Made by a program: the position numbers and the translations under genes
Assembly (NCBI GenBank): GCA_041912475.1
Contig: JAYRMX010000006.1
Span: 1-54,477 of the forward strand
DNA from: Myxococcota bacterium
Lineage (GTDB): Bacteria; Myxococcota_A; UBA9160
Reading direction: 5' to 3'
DNA length: 54,477 bases
The notes under the pieces: generated by a model
Told to the model about the DNA's origin: nothing
Database searches by the model: none
The model's input: the letters and a program-made list of their open reading frames with translations, nothing else
In this document: positions 36,071 through 48,185 of the stretch, one piece after another
How the letters are laid out: every line of letters starts with the position of its first letter
Position numbering within the stretch: position 1 is the stretch's first letter

Positions 36071-36706
36071 ATGGAGCTCGAACGGGTCCTCGAGAGCGCC
36101 GGCACTTGCCGCCATTACCGGCGCGACCCCGTTCCGCGGGAGGTGCTGCGCCGGGTGCTGGGTGCCGCGCGCTGGGCGCCGTCCGGAGGCAACCGCCAGC
36201 CCGTTCGCTTCGTGGTCGTCGAGCAGGAGCCTGCGAAGCGCGCGCTCGCGGCGCTCTACCTCCCGCGCTGGGAGGCGTACGCGGGCCGCCGCCTCGAGGC
36301 TTTGAAGGCGGGCGGCGTCGCGCTGCCTCGCGTCCTCGCAGGCGCCGATCACATGGCGCGGCACCTCGCCGAGATCCCCGTCCTCGTCGTGGTCTGCTTC
36401 TGCGCAGCCGATGTGTTCGCGACCGACGCGGGTCTCGGCCGCACTTCGGTCGTGGGCGGCGCGTCGGTCTACCCCGCGGTGCAGAACCTCCTGCTCAAGG
36501 CGCGCGACGAAGGCCTCGGCGCGGCGCTCACGACGCTGCTGTGCCCCGACGAAGAAGCCGTGAAGGCGCTGCTCGCGATCCCCGGCGAGCTCGGCACCGC
36601 CGCGCTCATCGCCCTCGGCTGGCCCGAGCATCCGTTCCCCCAGCGCCTCTCGCGCCGGCCGCTCGACGAGATCGCCTTCTCCGAACGGTACGGCCAGCCG
36701 CTCTGA
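36071..36706 (+). CDS. Nitroreductase family protein
   Basis: CRHYRRDPV, ARWAPSGGNRQP, SVYPAVQNLLLKAR.EGLG. Confidence 0.9.
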   Translation: MELERVLESAGTCRHYRRDPVPREVLRRVLGAARWAPSGGNRQPVRFVVVEQEPAKRALAALYLPRWEAYAGRRLEALKAGGVALPRVLAGADHMARHLAEIPVLVVVCFCAADVFATDAGLGRTSVVGGASVYPAVQNLLLKARDEGLGAALTTLLCPDEEAVKALLAIPGELGTAALIALGWPEHPFPQRLSRRPLDEIAFSERYGQPL

Positions 36707-36707
36707 G

Positions 36708-37345
36708 TCAGGGGACCCAGGGCGGGGCGAGGCACGCGGCGCCCGAGAGGTCGCGGACGGGCCGGCCTCGCGAACGGTCGATCTCGCGCAGCACCCATTC
36801 GAGCCGGTCGTTGCCCCAGAAGTGGTGGTTCTCGTAGACGAAGAACGGAACGCCGAAGACGCCGGCGTGCATCGCGGCGGTGATCCCGGCCTCGACCTGC
36901 GCGTGCCGCGCGGGGTCGTCGGCCGCGTCGGCGACGGCAGCGGGGTCGAGGCCGACGATGGCGGCGACCTCGCCGAGGACGCCGGGGTCGCCGAGGTCGC
37001 GGCCGCGTGCGAAGCGCGCGTTCGACGCCGCGACCGCGAAGGCGAGGCCGCGCTCCTGCTCCTGCGCGTACGTGAACGCCGCGTGCGACAGCTCCCAGCG
37101 AACGTCGACCGAAGCCGGGAGCTTCATCGTGACGCCGTACGCCTGCGCCATCCGGCCGACGTCTTCGATGAGGTATCGAAAGCGTGCGTGGCTCGCCGCG
37201 GGGTCGTTGAAGCCGGACTCGGGGCGCGGATGGACCGGAACGAGCCGCAGCTCTGCGCCGAGCCGGTCGCCGAGGCGGTCCAGCCGGTGCAGCGCGAGCC
37301 AGCTATAGGGGCTCCGGAACGAGAAGTAGACGGTGAGCGGCTCGC

Positions 37346-37349
<4 letters not shown>
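36708..37349 (-). CDS. 2-hydroxychromene-2-carboxylate isomerase / kappa-GST (DsbA-like) protein
   Basis: YFSFRSPYSWLA and GVFGVPFF...FWGNDRL; ATG overlaps the uvrA stop. Confidence 0.88.
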
Positions 37350-40192
<2,843 letters not shown>

Positions 40193-40204
40193 GGGGGTGA
40201 CGCG

Positions 40205-40213
40205 AGGATATCA
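40205..40213 (-). promoter_or_regulatory. Extended -10 element of uvrA (short leader, no SD)
   Basis: Minus-strand TGATATCCT ending 12 nt before ATG 40192. Confidence 0.45.
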
Positions 40214-40343
40214 GAGCCTCGCGGACCGCTCGAAGCCGGGCGCGCGGAAGGCGACACGCCTCGTCGTGGAGCCGCCGAGCGGGCGGCCCGTCCCCTGGCG
40301 GTTCGCGGCGCCGCGTCCATCATGCGCGCAGGGGGGATGCCGA

Positions 40344-42089
40344 ATGACGCCTGCCGGGAAGCCGCGCATCGAGGGCCGCGCGCTCGCGAAGGCCCTGTGG
40401 CGCCTCACGCGCCTCTACTGGACCTCGAAGGACGCGCGGTGGGGCGCGCTGCTCCTCGGCAGCGCGATCGCTCTCCAGCTCGGCGCCGTCTACGCGAACG
40501 TTCTGGTCTCGGAGGCGCAGCGCGACGTCGGAAACGCTCTCGGCGCACACGACCTCGCGGCGTTCCGGAGCTCGATCCTCCTCATGGTCGGCGTCATGAT
40601 CCTCTCGGTCGTCGTCCCGGCCTACGCGGACTGGGTGCAGCAGCGCCTGCGGATCCGCTGGCGCGAGTGGCTGACCGCGCACTTCGTCGAGCGCTGGGTG
40701 AGTCCGCAGGCCTTCTGCCTCTCCGAGCTGCACCGCGACGCCGTCGACAACCCGGACGTTCGCATCTCGGAGGACATCCGCGACTTCGTGGCGAGTGCGC
40801 TCGGCCTCTCGCTCTCGCTGCTCTCCGCCGTCGTGACCCTCGCTTCGTTCTCGGCGATGCTCTGGAAGATGTCGTCCGGCTGGCGGATTCCGATCGCGGG
40901 AACGATGGTCGAAATTCCGGGTCTCCTGCTCTGGGTGGCCGTCGCGTTCGCGCTGTTCTCGATGTGGCTCACGAACCGGGTCGGCCGCCGGCTCGTACCG
41001 ATCAACTTCGACCGGATTCGTCTGGAAGCCGACTTCCGGTACGGCCTCGTGCGTTATCGCGACCACGTCGAGGCGGTCGCGCTGATGCGCGGCGCGGAGG
41101 TCGAGCGCCGCGGCGCGCGCGGCCGCTTCCAACGGGTCGTAGGGAACTTCAACGAGCTGGTCACGGCCCAGCGAAACCTCACCATCCTCACCCAGAGCAT
41201 CGGTGTCGCGAACACGCTGGTTCCGCTCGTGGTCTCGGGGCTCGCGTACTTCGCCGACGTTCTCACGCTCGGCGTGATCGCGCAGACGCGCTTCGCGTAC
41301 GGCCAGGTGGCGGGGGGGCTGGCGTGGTTCGTGAACGCGTACCAGGAGATCGCTCGCTGGCGCGCGAACATCGAGCGCCTCGCGAGCTTCTCCGACGCGA
41401 TGGACGCGACGGCGCGCCAGTTCGACGCCGCGAAGATCCGCATCGAGCGCGAGGATCCGGCGCGGATCGTGCTCGACGACCTCTCGGTCGAGGCGCCGCG
41501 AGGCCGCGTGCTGCTCGAGCACGCGACGGCCACCGTCGCGCCCGGCGACCGCGTCGCGATCACGGGCCCCGCCGGGTCGGGGCGCACCACGCTGATGCGC
41601 GCGCTCGCCGGCATCTGGCCTTTCGGGCGCGGCCGGGTCGGCGAGCCGCCGCGGGACCGCATGTTCTTCCTCGGGCAGCAGCCCTACCTGCCGATCGGCT
41701 CGCTGCGGGAAGCCATCGCGTACCCCTCGCCGGCGTCGGCGTTCCCGGCCGATGCCATCGCCGGGGCGCTGCGCGCCTTCGGTCTCGAAGAGCTCGTTTC
41801 GCGTCTCGACGAAGAGGAGCCCTGGGACCAGGCGCTCTCGGCGCACCAGCAGCAGCGCCTTGCGCTCGCGCGCGTGGTGCTCCACGCGCCCGAGTGGGTG
41901 CTGCTCGACGAGGCGACGTCGAGCCTCGACGCGGCGACCGAGCAGAAGGTCTACGAGACGCTCGTCGCGCGAGTCCCGAGGGCGGCGATCGTCTCGGTCG
42001 CGGAGCGTCCGGGAGTCCTCGGCCTCCTGCCGAGGCGCCTGCGTCTCGTTCCCGAGACCACGGGCACGGTGCGCCTCGAAGCCGCTTGA
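40344..42089 (+). CDS. YddA/ABCD-like fused ABC permease-ATPase (SbmA/BacA-related TMD) with degenerate NBD
   Basis: IRWREWLT, DNPDVRISED, EADFRYGL, RALAGIWPFG, QPYLP, LLDEATSSLD; Walker A GPAGSGRTT, signature LSAHQQQR, H-loop SVAER. Confidence 0.88.
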   Translation: MTPAGKPRIEGRALAKALWRLTRLYWTSKDARWGALLLGSAIALQLGAVYANVLVSEAQRDVGNALGAHDLAAFRSSILLMVGVMILSVVVPAYADWVQQRLRIRWREWLTAHFVERWVSPQAFCLSELHRDAVDNPDVRISEDIRDFVASALGLSLSLLSAVVTLASFSAMLWKMSSGWRIPIAGTMVEIPGLLLWVAVAFALFSMWLTNRVGRRLVPINFDRIRLEADFRYGLVRYRDHVEAVALMRGAEVERRGARGRFQRVVGNFNELVTAQRNLTILTQSIGVANTLVPLVVSGLAYFADVLTLGVIAQTRFAYGQVAGGLAWFVNAYQEIARWRANIERLASFSDAMDATARQFDAAKIRIEREDPARIVLDDLSVEAPRGRVLLEHATATVAPGDRVAITGPAGSGRTTLMRALAGIWPFGRGRVGEPPRDRMFFLGQQPYLPIGSLREAIAYPSPASAFPADAIAGALRAFGLEELVSRLDEEEPWDQALSAHQQQRLALARVVLHAPEWVLLDEATSSLDAATEQKVYETLVARVPRAAIVSVAERPGVLGLLPRRLRLVPETTGTVRLEAA

Positions 42090-42138
42090 CGAGCACGGCC
42101 GGCGGCCGGTCCGCACAGGCGTTGCACGCCGCGGGCGC

Positions 42139-42330
42139 TGCGTCGAGACCTGCGTCGGCGGCGCGCTCCGCTACGGTCCGCTCGAGGAGCTGGAGGCGAT
42201 GGCGAAGGGCGGGGGGCTCGTGCGCGCGATCGGCGGCTTCTTCGATCCGGAGTGGACACGGCCGTCGATCCGGTTCGTCGCGCCCGCGGCGGCGGCGGAG
42301 GGCGCGGCGCCCTCCCGCGCCGGGCAATAG
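42139..42330 (+). pseudogene. 3' remnant of a DmsB/NrfC-type 4Fe-4S electron-transfer subunit
   Basis: CVETCVGGALRYGPLEEL...TRPSIRF resembles the C-terminus of that family; no start codon or upstream Cys motifs. Confidence 0.5.
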
Positions 42331-42336
42331 CGGGCC

Positions 42337-44079
42337 GTGGCGCGAAGCGGGCTGCGCCGCGCCGCCCTTGTCGCGCTCGCGGCGATCGCGCTCGCGGCCG
42401 CGGTCGGCGCCGGCGCGCTCGCGCTGCTCTGGGCGTCGCGCAGGCCGCCCGAGAGCCGCGTCTTCGTGAACGCCGTCGTTCGCACCGAGGACGCGGGAGA
42501 TCGCGTCGCGGAGGCCATCGCGCTCTCGCGCGACCGCATCGTCGCGGTCGGCACCCGCGCGCAGGTCGAGCCCTTCATCGGTCGCGGCAGCGTCGTCACC
42601 GACCTCGGCGGAAAGACCGTCGTGCCCGGATTCATCGAGGCGCACGGTCACTTCCCGGGCTCCGGCCTCTCGGCCATCGGCGTCGATCTGGCGAGCCCGC
42701 CGATCGGGAGCGTTCGGAGCATCGAAGAGGCCGTGGCGGCGCTGCGCGAGAAGGCGAAGACGCTCTCGCGCGACGCGTGGCTCGTCGGCTACGGCTACGA
42801 CGACATGCGCCTCGAGGAGCGCAGGCATTTCACGCGCGCCGATCTCGACGCCGCTTCGACGGAGCATCCCGTCTTCGTGATGCACGTGAGCGGGCACACG
42901 GCCGTCGTGAACGGCGTGGCGCTCGAGCGACTCGGGATCTCGGACGCGACGCCGAGCCCGCCGGGAGGCGAGATCCACAAAGACCCGGCGACGGGCCGGC
43001 CGACGGGGCGCCTCGACGAGACGGCGCTCGCCGAGGCACGCAAGGAGGCGCTCGCGTTCTCGCTCGTCGAGGGCCTGCGCGTCGCGCGCCGCGCGGCGGC
43101 CGACTACGCCGCCGCGGGCGTCACCACGGCGCAGCTCGGCCTCGCCGACCAGGCGATGTTCACCGCGATGGCGAGGCTCTCGCGGCTCGGCGTCATTCCG
43201 CAGCGCCTCGTCGCATGGCCCGATGCCGCGCTCGCCGAGAGGCTCGTCCGCGGCGAGCTGCGGCGCGAGAATTTCGAGAGCGACGCCTTCCACGTGGGGG
43301 CCGTGAAGCTCGTCGCGGACGGCTCGATCTACATCTATACGGCGTATCTCACGGAGCCGTACTTCACGCCACTCGCCGGTGATTCCGCCGACCGCGGGTA
43401 CCCCATCCACGCGGCCGCCGAGCTCGCCCGGATCGTCCGGCGCTTCCACGACGCCGGGCTTCAGATCGCGGTCCACGCCAACGGCGACGCGGCGATCGAC
43501 GACGCCCTCGCCGCGTTCGCGAGTGCGCAGCAGGAGGCCCCGCGAAGCGACGCGCGGCACATCCTCGTCCACGCGCAGATGGCGCGGCCCGACCAGCTCG
43601 ACACGATGCTGCGCCTCGGCGTGACGCCGACCTTCCACAATCCGCACACGTACTTCTTCGCCGATCGACACTGGGAGGTGTTTCTCGGTCCGGAGCGGAC
43701 GGCGCGAATCAGCCCGCTCGCGAGCGCGCGGGCGCGCGGCCTTCGCTTCAGCCTCCACAACGACACGCCGGTGATGCCGATCGACCCGCTGCTGGCGGTC
43801 TGGTGCGCCGTCTTCCGCCGCTCGGCCGCGGGCCGCGAGATCGGCCCCGACGAGAGGATCCCGGCCGAAGCGGCGCTGCGCGGCGTCACGATCGACGCTG
43901 CATGGCAGTCGTTTCTCGAGGGCAGCCGCGGATCGCTCGAGCCGGGAAAGCTCGCGGACCTCGTCGTCCTCTCGGACGATCCCGTCGCGCACCCCGAGCG
44001 CATCCGCGAGATCCGCGTCGTCGAGACGATCGTCGGCGGGCGAACGATCTACCGGGCGGAGCCTCGAGCCGGGGACTGA
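42337..44079 (+). CDS. Amidohydrolase-3 (YtcJ-like) metal-dependent hydrolase with N-terminal membrane anchor/signal
   Basis: DLGGKTVVPGFIEAHGH, SGHTAVVN, KLVADGS, VHANGDAAID, GSLEPGKLADLVVL. Confidence 0.9.
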   Translation: MARSGLRRAALVALAAIALAAAVGAGALALLWASRRPPESRVFVNAVVRTEDAGDRVAEAIALSRDRIVAVGTRAQVEPFIGRGSVVTDLGGKTVVPGFIEAHGHFPGSGLSAIGVDLASPPIGSVRSIEEAVAALREKAKTLSRDAWLVGYGYDDMRLEERRHFTRADLDAASTEHPVFVMHVSGHTAVVNGVALERLGISDATPSPPGGEIHKDPATGRPTGRLDETALAEARKEALAFSLVEGLRVARRAAADYAAAGVTTAQLGLADQAMFTAMARLSRLGVIPQRLVAWPDAALAERLVRGELRRENFESDAFHVGAVKLVADGSIYIYTAYLTEPYFTPLAGDSADRGYPIHAAAELARIVRRFHDAGLQIAVHANGDAAIDDALAAFASAQQEAPRSDARHILVHAQMARPDQLDTMLRLGVTPTFHNPHTYFFADRHWEVFLGPERTARISPLASARARGLRFSLHNDTPVMPIDPLLAVWCAVFRRSAAGREIGPDERIPAEAALRGVTIDAAWQSFLEGSRGSLEPGKLADLVVLSDDPVAHPERIREIRVVETIVGGRTIYRAEPRAGD

Positions 44080-44097
44080 CCGGGCGCGCCGCACGCG

Positions 44098-44145
44098 GCG
44101 ACGGACGCGCCGGCGTGGCCGCACCTCGCCCGGCGTGTTCGTCGC
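44098..44145. terminator. 16-bp stem-loop between convergent amidohydrolase and tetR genes
   Basis: GCGACGGACGCGCCGG / CCGGCGTGTTCGTCGC (two G-U pairs on + strand RNA), 16-nt loop, no U tract. Confidence 0.35.
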
Positions 44146-44154
44146 GCCGGCCCG

Positions 44155-44763
44155 TCAACCGGCGCGCGGCCGGAGCATTTCGGCGATGACGCCCGAGAAA
44201 TCACCGAGGCGCTTCTCGAACGGATAGTCGGGGTCGTTCAGCCAGCCGAGCAGGGCGGTGTTGAGGATGCCGATCACGAGCTCGGCGAGCAGGGCGGCGT
44301 CGAGGTCCGTCCGCACGTTGCCCTCGGACTGGCCCTCACGAACGATGCGCGTGAACGGCTCGCGAACGCTCGCGAGGTAGGGAAGCGCCGTTCCCGGGCC
44401 GGAGGCCGTGCGGAGCAGCTCGAGCAGCACCTCGCGTGCGAGCCCCTCGGTCTCCGCGAGCGCTCGCAGCGCCCGCGTCGCGAAGCGGCGGATGCGGCGC
44501 TCGGCCGCTCCCGGCGTCTCGAGCTCGCGCTCGAGCATCGCTTCGAGGTGCGCCGAGACCTCGCCCGTCATCTCGCGCAGCACGGCTGCTTTGCTCTGGA
44601 AGTGGTTGAAGAACGTGGCCTGCGCGACGTCGGCCGCCTCGGCGATCTGCTCGACCGTCGTCGCCGCATATCCGCGTTCGAGAAAGAGCTGGCGTGCGGC
44701 CTCGTAGATCCGCTCGCGGCGTGCGCGCTTCTTGCGCTCGCGACGGCCCTCGGCCTCGCTCAC
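44155..44763 (-). CDS. TetR/AcrR family transcriptional regulator
   Basis: RRERKK...AARQLFLERGYAATTVEQIAEAADVAQATFFNHFQSK; GTG overlaps the Mo-enzyme stop. Confidence 0.93.
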   Translation of the reverse strand: MSEAEGRRERKKRARRERIYEAARQLFLERGYAATTVEQIAEAADVAQATFFNHFQSKAAVLREMTGEVSAHLEAMLERELETPGAAERRIRRFATRALRALAETEGLAREVLLELLRTASGPGTALPYLASVREPFTRIVREGQSEGNVRTDLDAALLAELVIGILNTALLGWLNDPDYPFEKRLGDFSGVIAEMLRPRAG

Positions 44764-47645
44764 CCGACCTTCTCGACCTCGACGCCGGTCCCGCGCGGGT
44801 TGTGTCCCGGAGAGCCGTAGTACATGCGGTAGTGGAGCTGCGAGTAGCCGCCGGCGAGATGCAGGGGCTTCCACGGCGCGGCGACGGGCGCCTGCTGCCC
44901 CTGCCAGTCCTTGAACTGGTACGGCTCCCACGCGTGGTAGAGCTGGATCATCCCCGGCTGCATGCGCGCGCCCGGCCGCACGCGCGCCTCGAACGCGCCG
45001 TGCTCGTTGTAGACGCGAATGCGGTCGTGGTCGGCGAGGCCGCGCGCCGCCATGTCCGACGGGTGCATCCAGACCGCAGGCTCTCCGCGCTGCAGGCGCA
45101 GCAGCATCTTCTGGTCTCGCGAGATCGCGTGGATGCTCCAGCGCGTGTGACCACTCGTGAGACGCAGCGACTTTCCGCTCCGCATCCCCGGCGAGTCCTT
45201 GTGAACGGGGAGCGCCTCGCCGCCGGCGAGGAACCACGGGTGGTCGATCAGGAACTGCATCCGGCCGCTGAGGGTCGGCCAGCGCAGCTTGTCCTCGCGG
45301 TACCAGCGGTACGGCGTGAAGGTGTCGCCCGGCGTGAAGGAGCTGCACGCCTGGTTGACGAGCGTGTAGGTGCCCTCCTTCACCACCGGAACGGCGCCGA
45401 GCGCGAGCGCCTGGTCGATGCCGATGTTGCCCACGACGTCGCTGTGCCGGAAGATGCGGTCCATCACCGGGCGCACGTTCATGGGGTCGAGCTCGCCGTT
45501 CATCGACCAGTCGTCGAAGACCTTCGTGAGGTCGAGCGGGCGGCCCTTCGGTCCCTTGACGGGCGTGGTGAGCCCGCGCGCGCGTGCGCGCTCGGAGACG
45601 CGCCGCGCGAGCGTGCCGAAGACCTCGTAATCGAACTTCGACTCGCCGAGCGGAGGCGTCGCGGGCTCGCTCGTCACGATGTAGGGCATGGCCGAGACGG
45701 CGTACTTGAGGCCGTACTTCTCGTAGTACGCGGCCACCGGGAGCACGATGCCCGCGTGGAGCGTGCTCGTGCTCCAGCGGAAGTTCGTCGACACGATGAG
45801 ATCGAGCTTCGGCCACAGGTTCGCCTTCGCGGTCTGCGGCGACGGCCAGCGGCGCAGGGGGTTCGATCCCGAGAAGATGAAGACGCGCGGACGCGTTCCC
45901 GGCGGCGGGTGGACCGGGATCCAGCCCTTCTCGAGCGCCTCCTGCATGTACTGCGAGAGCGGCGCCTGCATCGCAGGGTCCTGGTGCTCGGGCCGGTTCC
46001 AGACCTCGTCGTATCCGGCATGGTGATAGAGGAACGGCATCAGCGGCGTGATCGGGAAGTGGTTGCTGTAGTTCGTGTAGACCTCCTCCCAGTCCGTCGG
46101 CCCGAGGCCGCGGCTCATCCCGGTCGCGGCGAGCTTCACGATCTCGCCGATCGGCGGCCGGTAGGTGGTGGCGCCGCCGAGCTCGTCGGCGCCCTTCATC
46201 TCCCACCACGATGCCACGCGAAGGCCGCCGCCCTTCCTTCCCTGGTTTCCCGTGATCGCCATCAGCAGCGCCATCGCGCGCTGGAACAGGTCGCTGTGGT
46301 AGTTCTTGCACGCGCCCCACGACGCGTAGATCATCGCCGCCGGCGCCTTCGCGAGTCCGCGCGCGAAGCGCTGCACGACCGACGCCTTGACGCCCGTCAC
46401 GGCTTCCTGCTTCTCGGGCGTGTAGCTCGCGGCGAGGTGCTCGCGGAGCGCCTGGAACAGCGGCCTCACCGTCACGCGGCCGCCGGCGGCGAGCGTCACC
46501 TCCCAGCGTCCGTCGATCGCGGGCCGCACGTCGCCGAGCGCGAGCCGGTGCGAGCCCTCGCCCTGCGAGCCGGGCGCAGCCACCATCTTGCCCGTGGCCT
46601 CGTCCCAGACGTAGAGCAGGTCGTCCTTGCCGCCGGCGCGCAGATCCGACTCGCGGAGGTAGCGGCCGGTGTCGGTGCGCACGAGGAAGGGGAGGTCGGT
46701 CTGCTCACGCACCGCAGTGTCGTCGTAGAGCTTCTCCTCGAGGATCACCTGCGCCGCTGCGAGGCCGAAGGCCGCGTCGGTCTCGTGCTTCACCGGAACC
46801 CAGAGATCGGCGTGGATCGAGCTCGCCGAGAGGTCCGGCGAGATCACGGCCACCGTCGCTCCGCGGTAGCGCGCCTCGTTCACGAAGTGCACGTCCGGAA
46901 TGCGCGTGTAGCTCGGGTTCGCGACCCACAGGACGATGTAGTCCGAGAGGAACCAGTCGTCGGTCGTTCCGTCGGCGTTGTACATGCCGAAGGTCTGCAC
47001 GAGGCCGTTCGGCATGTCGCCGACTCCCGCCCAGGAATCGAGCAGCGTCGTTCCCATGGCGACGTTCCAGCGCATCTCCGACGACGAATCGGGGCTGTAG
47101 TCGCAGTTCGTGGTGCCGTGGTCGTGAAGGATGGTCTCGGTGCCGCCCTCGAGCGCGGCGGTGATGCAGGCATCGGCGATCTCGTCGTACGCCTCGTCCC
47201 ACGTGATGCGCTTCCACTTGCCCTCGCCGCGCGCACCGGCTCGCTTCATCGGGTGCAGGATGCGCGCCTCGCCGAGATGGAGGTCGCTGTGGCAGGCGCC
47301 CTTCTGGCAGCCGCGCGGGTTGAAGTCGGGAACGTCCGGGCGCGACGGCCCGTAGATCGCGTTCTGCTCTTCGCGCCAGACGACGCCATCCTTGACGTAG
47401 AGGTTCCACGAGCACGCGGAGAAGCAGTTCGCGCGGTTGTGGGTGCCCTTGACGACGCGGTCCCACGTCCACTTCGCGCGGTAGGTGTCGGTCCAGTCGC
47501 CGTACGCGATCGGCTGCGCCGCCGACTTCGGCACGGGCGGGTAGGTGAGGCCCTTCTTCGGCCGCAGCTTGTAGAGCCCGAGCGTGAGGGCGGCGGCCCC
47601 AGCGGCGCCTGCCCCGATCAGAAAACCCCGCCTCGAGATCCCCAT
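44760..47645 (-). CDS. Tat-exported DMSO-reductase family type II molybdoenzyme alpha subunit (steroid C25 / ethylbenzene dehydrogenase-like)
   Basis: Tat signal SRRGFL; FS0 motif GTHNRANCFSACSW...PRGCQKG; Asp ligand region DSWAGVGDMP; SGHTRWSIH; YHAWEPYQF. Confidence 0.9.
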   Translation of the reverse strand: MGISRRGFLIGAGAAGAAALTLGLYKLRPKKGLTYPPVPKSAAQPIAYGDWTDTYRAKWTWDRVVKGTHNRANCFSACSWNLYVKDGVVWREEQNAIYGPSRPDVPDFNPRGCQKGACHSDLHLGEARILHPMKRAGARGEGKWKRITWDEAYDEIADACITAALEGGTETILHDHGTTNCDYSPDSSSEMRWNVAMGTTLLDSWAGVGDMPNGLVQTFGMYNADGTTDDWFLSDYIVLWVANPSYTRIPDVHFVNEARYRGATVAVISPDLSASSIHADLWVPVKHETDAAFGLAAAQVILEEKLYDDTAVREQTDLPFLVRTDTGRYLRESDLRAGGKDDLLYVWDEATGKMVAAPGSQGEGSHRLALGDVRPAIDGRWEVTLAAGGRVTVRPLFQALREHLAASYTPEKQEAVTGVKASVVQRFARGLAKAPAAMIYASWGACKNYHSDLFQRAMALLMAITGNQGRKGGGLRVASWWEMKGADELGGATTYRPPIGEIVKLAATGMSRGLGPTDWEEVYTNYSNHFPITPLMPFLYHHAGYDEVWNRPEHQDPAMQAPLSQYMQEALEKGWIPVHPPPGTRPRVFIFSGSNPLRRWPSPQTAKANLWPKLDLIVSTNFRWSTSTLHAGIVLPVAAYYEKYGLKYAVSAMPYIVTSEPATPPLGESKFDYEVFGTLARRVSERARARGLTTPVKGPKGRPLDLTKVFDDWSMNGELDPMNVRPVMDRIFRHSDVVGNIGIDQALALGAVPVVKEGTYTLVNQACSSFTPGDTFTPYRWYREDKLRWPTLSGRMQFLIDHPWFLAGGEALPVHKDSPGMRSGKSLRLTSGHTRWSIHAISRDQKMLLRLQRGEPAVWMHPSDMAARGLADHDRIRVYNEHGAFEARVRPGARMQPGMIQLYHAWEPYQFKDWQGQQAPVAAPWKPLHLAGGYSQLHYRMYYGSPGHNPRGTGVEVEKVG

Positions 47646-47713
47646 ACGGCAACCCTCCGCTCCCCGGCAGTCCACATGTCGGGGGCGAGTCTGAACTTAG
47701 ATTCGACACCAAG

Positions 47714-47748
47714 ATTATATCGGACCCGAGCGAAATTCGGGCCGATAT
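47714..47748 (-). promoter_or_regulatory. Perfect -10 (TATAAT) overlapped by an inverted repeat; candidate TetR operator
   Basis: TATAAT on the minus strand at 47714-47719; ATATCGG(A)CCCGA-N7-TCGGGCCGATAT at 47717-47748. Confidence 0.55.
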
Positions 47749-47853
47749 CTTCCCAGGCTTGCCGGTCTGGCGCACGGTCGTCCAGTCGGCGAGGCCCGTC
47801 CATCTCCCGCGCCGCCGCGAGCGTACGCTCGGGAGCGCTCGTTCCCCGGCCCG

Positions 47854-47887
47854 TTGCCGGGGTCTCGGCTCGGGACTATTCTGGTCA
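47854..47887 (+). promoter_or_regulatory. vapBC sigma-70 promoter/operator, probably leaderless
   Basis: TTGCCG-N17-TATTCT, 6 nt before ATG 47889; near-palindrome GACTA-TTC-TGGTC over the -10. Confidence 0.6.
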
Positions 47888-47888
47888 C

Positions 47889-48185
47889 ATGGTGCGTCGC
47901 ACCGCCGCGGTTGCCGAGCTCAAGGCCCAGCTGAGCCGCTTTCTCCGCCGCGTGAAGGCAGGCGACGAGGTGCTCGTCACCGATCGGGGCGTGCCGGTGG
48001 CGCGCATCGTTCCCGTCGGGAGCCGGACAGACGCCGTCGAGGCGCTGCGCGATCTCGAGCGCCAGGGCCTCGTTCGGCTGGGAAGCGGCCGTCTTCCGAC
48101 CGAGCTGCTCCGCGGCCGGCGGCCGCGCGATCCGAGCGCTTCGGTGAGGCGCGCCGTCTCCGAGGATCGTGACGAGAGCGCGTGA
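47889..48185 (+). CDS. vapB: Phd/YefM-family antitoxin
   Basis: VAELKAQLSRFLRRVKAGDEVLVTDRGVPVARIVP. Confidence 0.9.
   Translation: MVRRTAAVAELKAQLSRFLRRVKAGDEVLVTDRGVPVARIVPVGSRTDAVEALRDLERQGLVRLGSGRLPTELLRGRRPRDPSASVRRAVSEDRDESA

Noticed and set aside
40193-40343. LexA/SOS box upstream of uvrA
   Set aside because: No palindrome matching a LexA consensus that I know could be identified.
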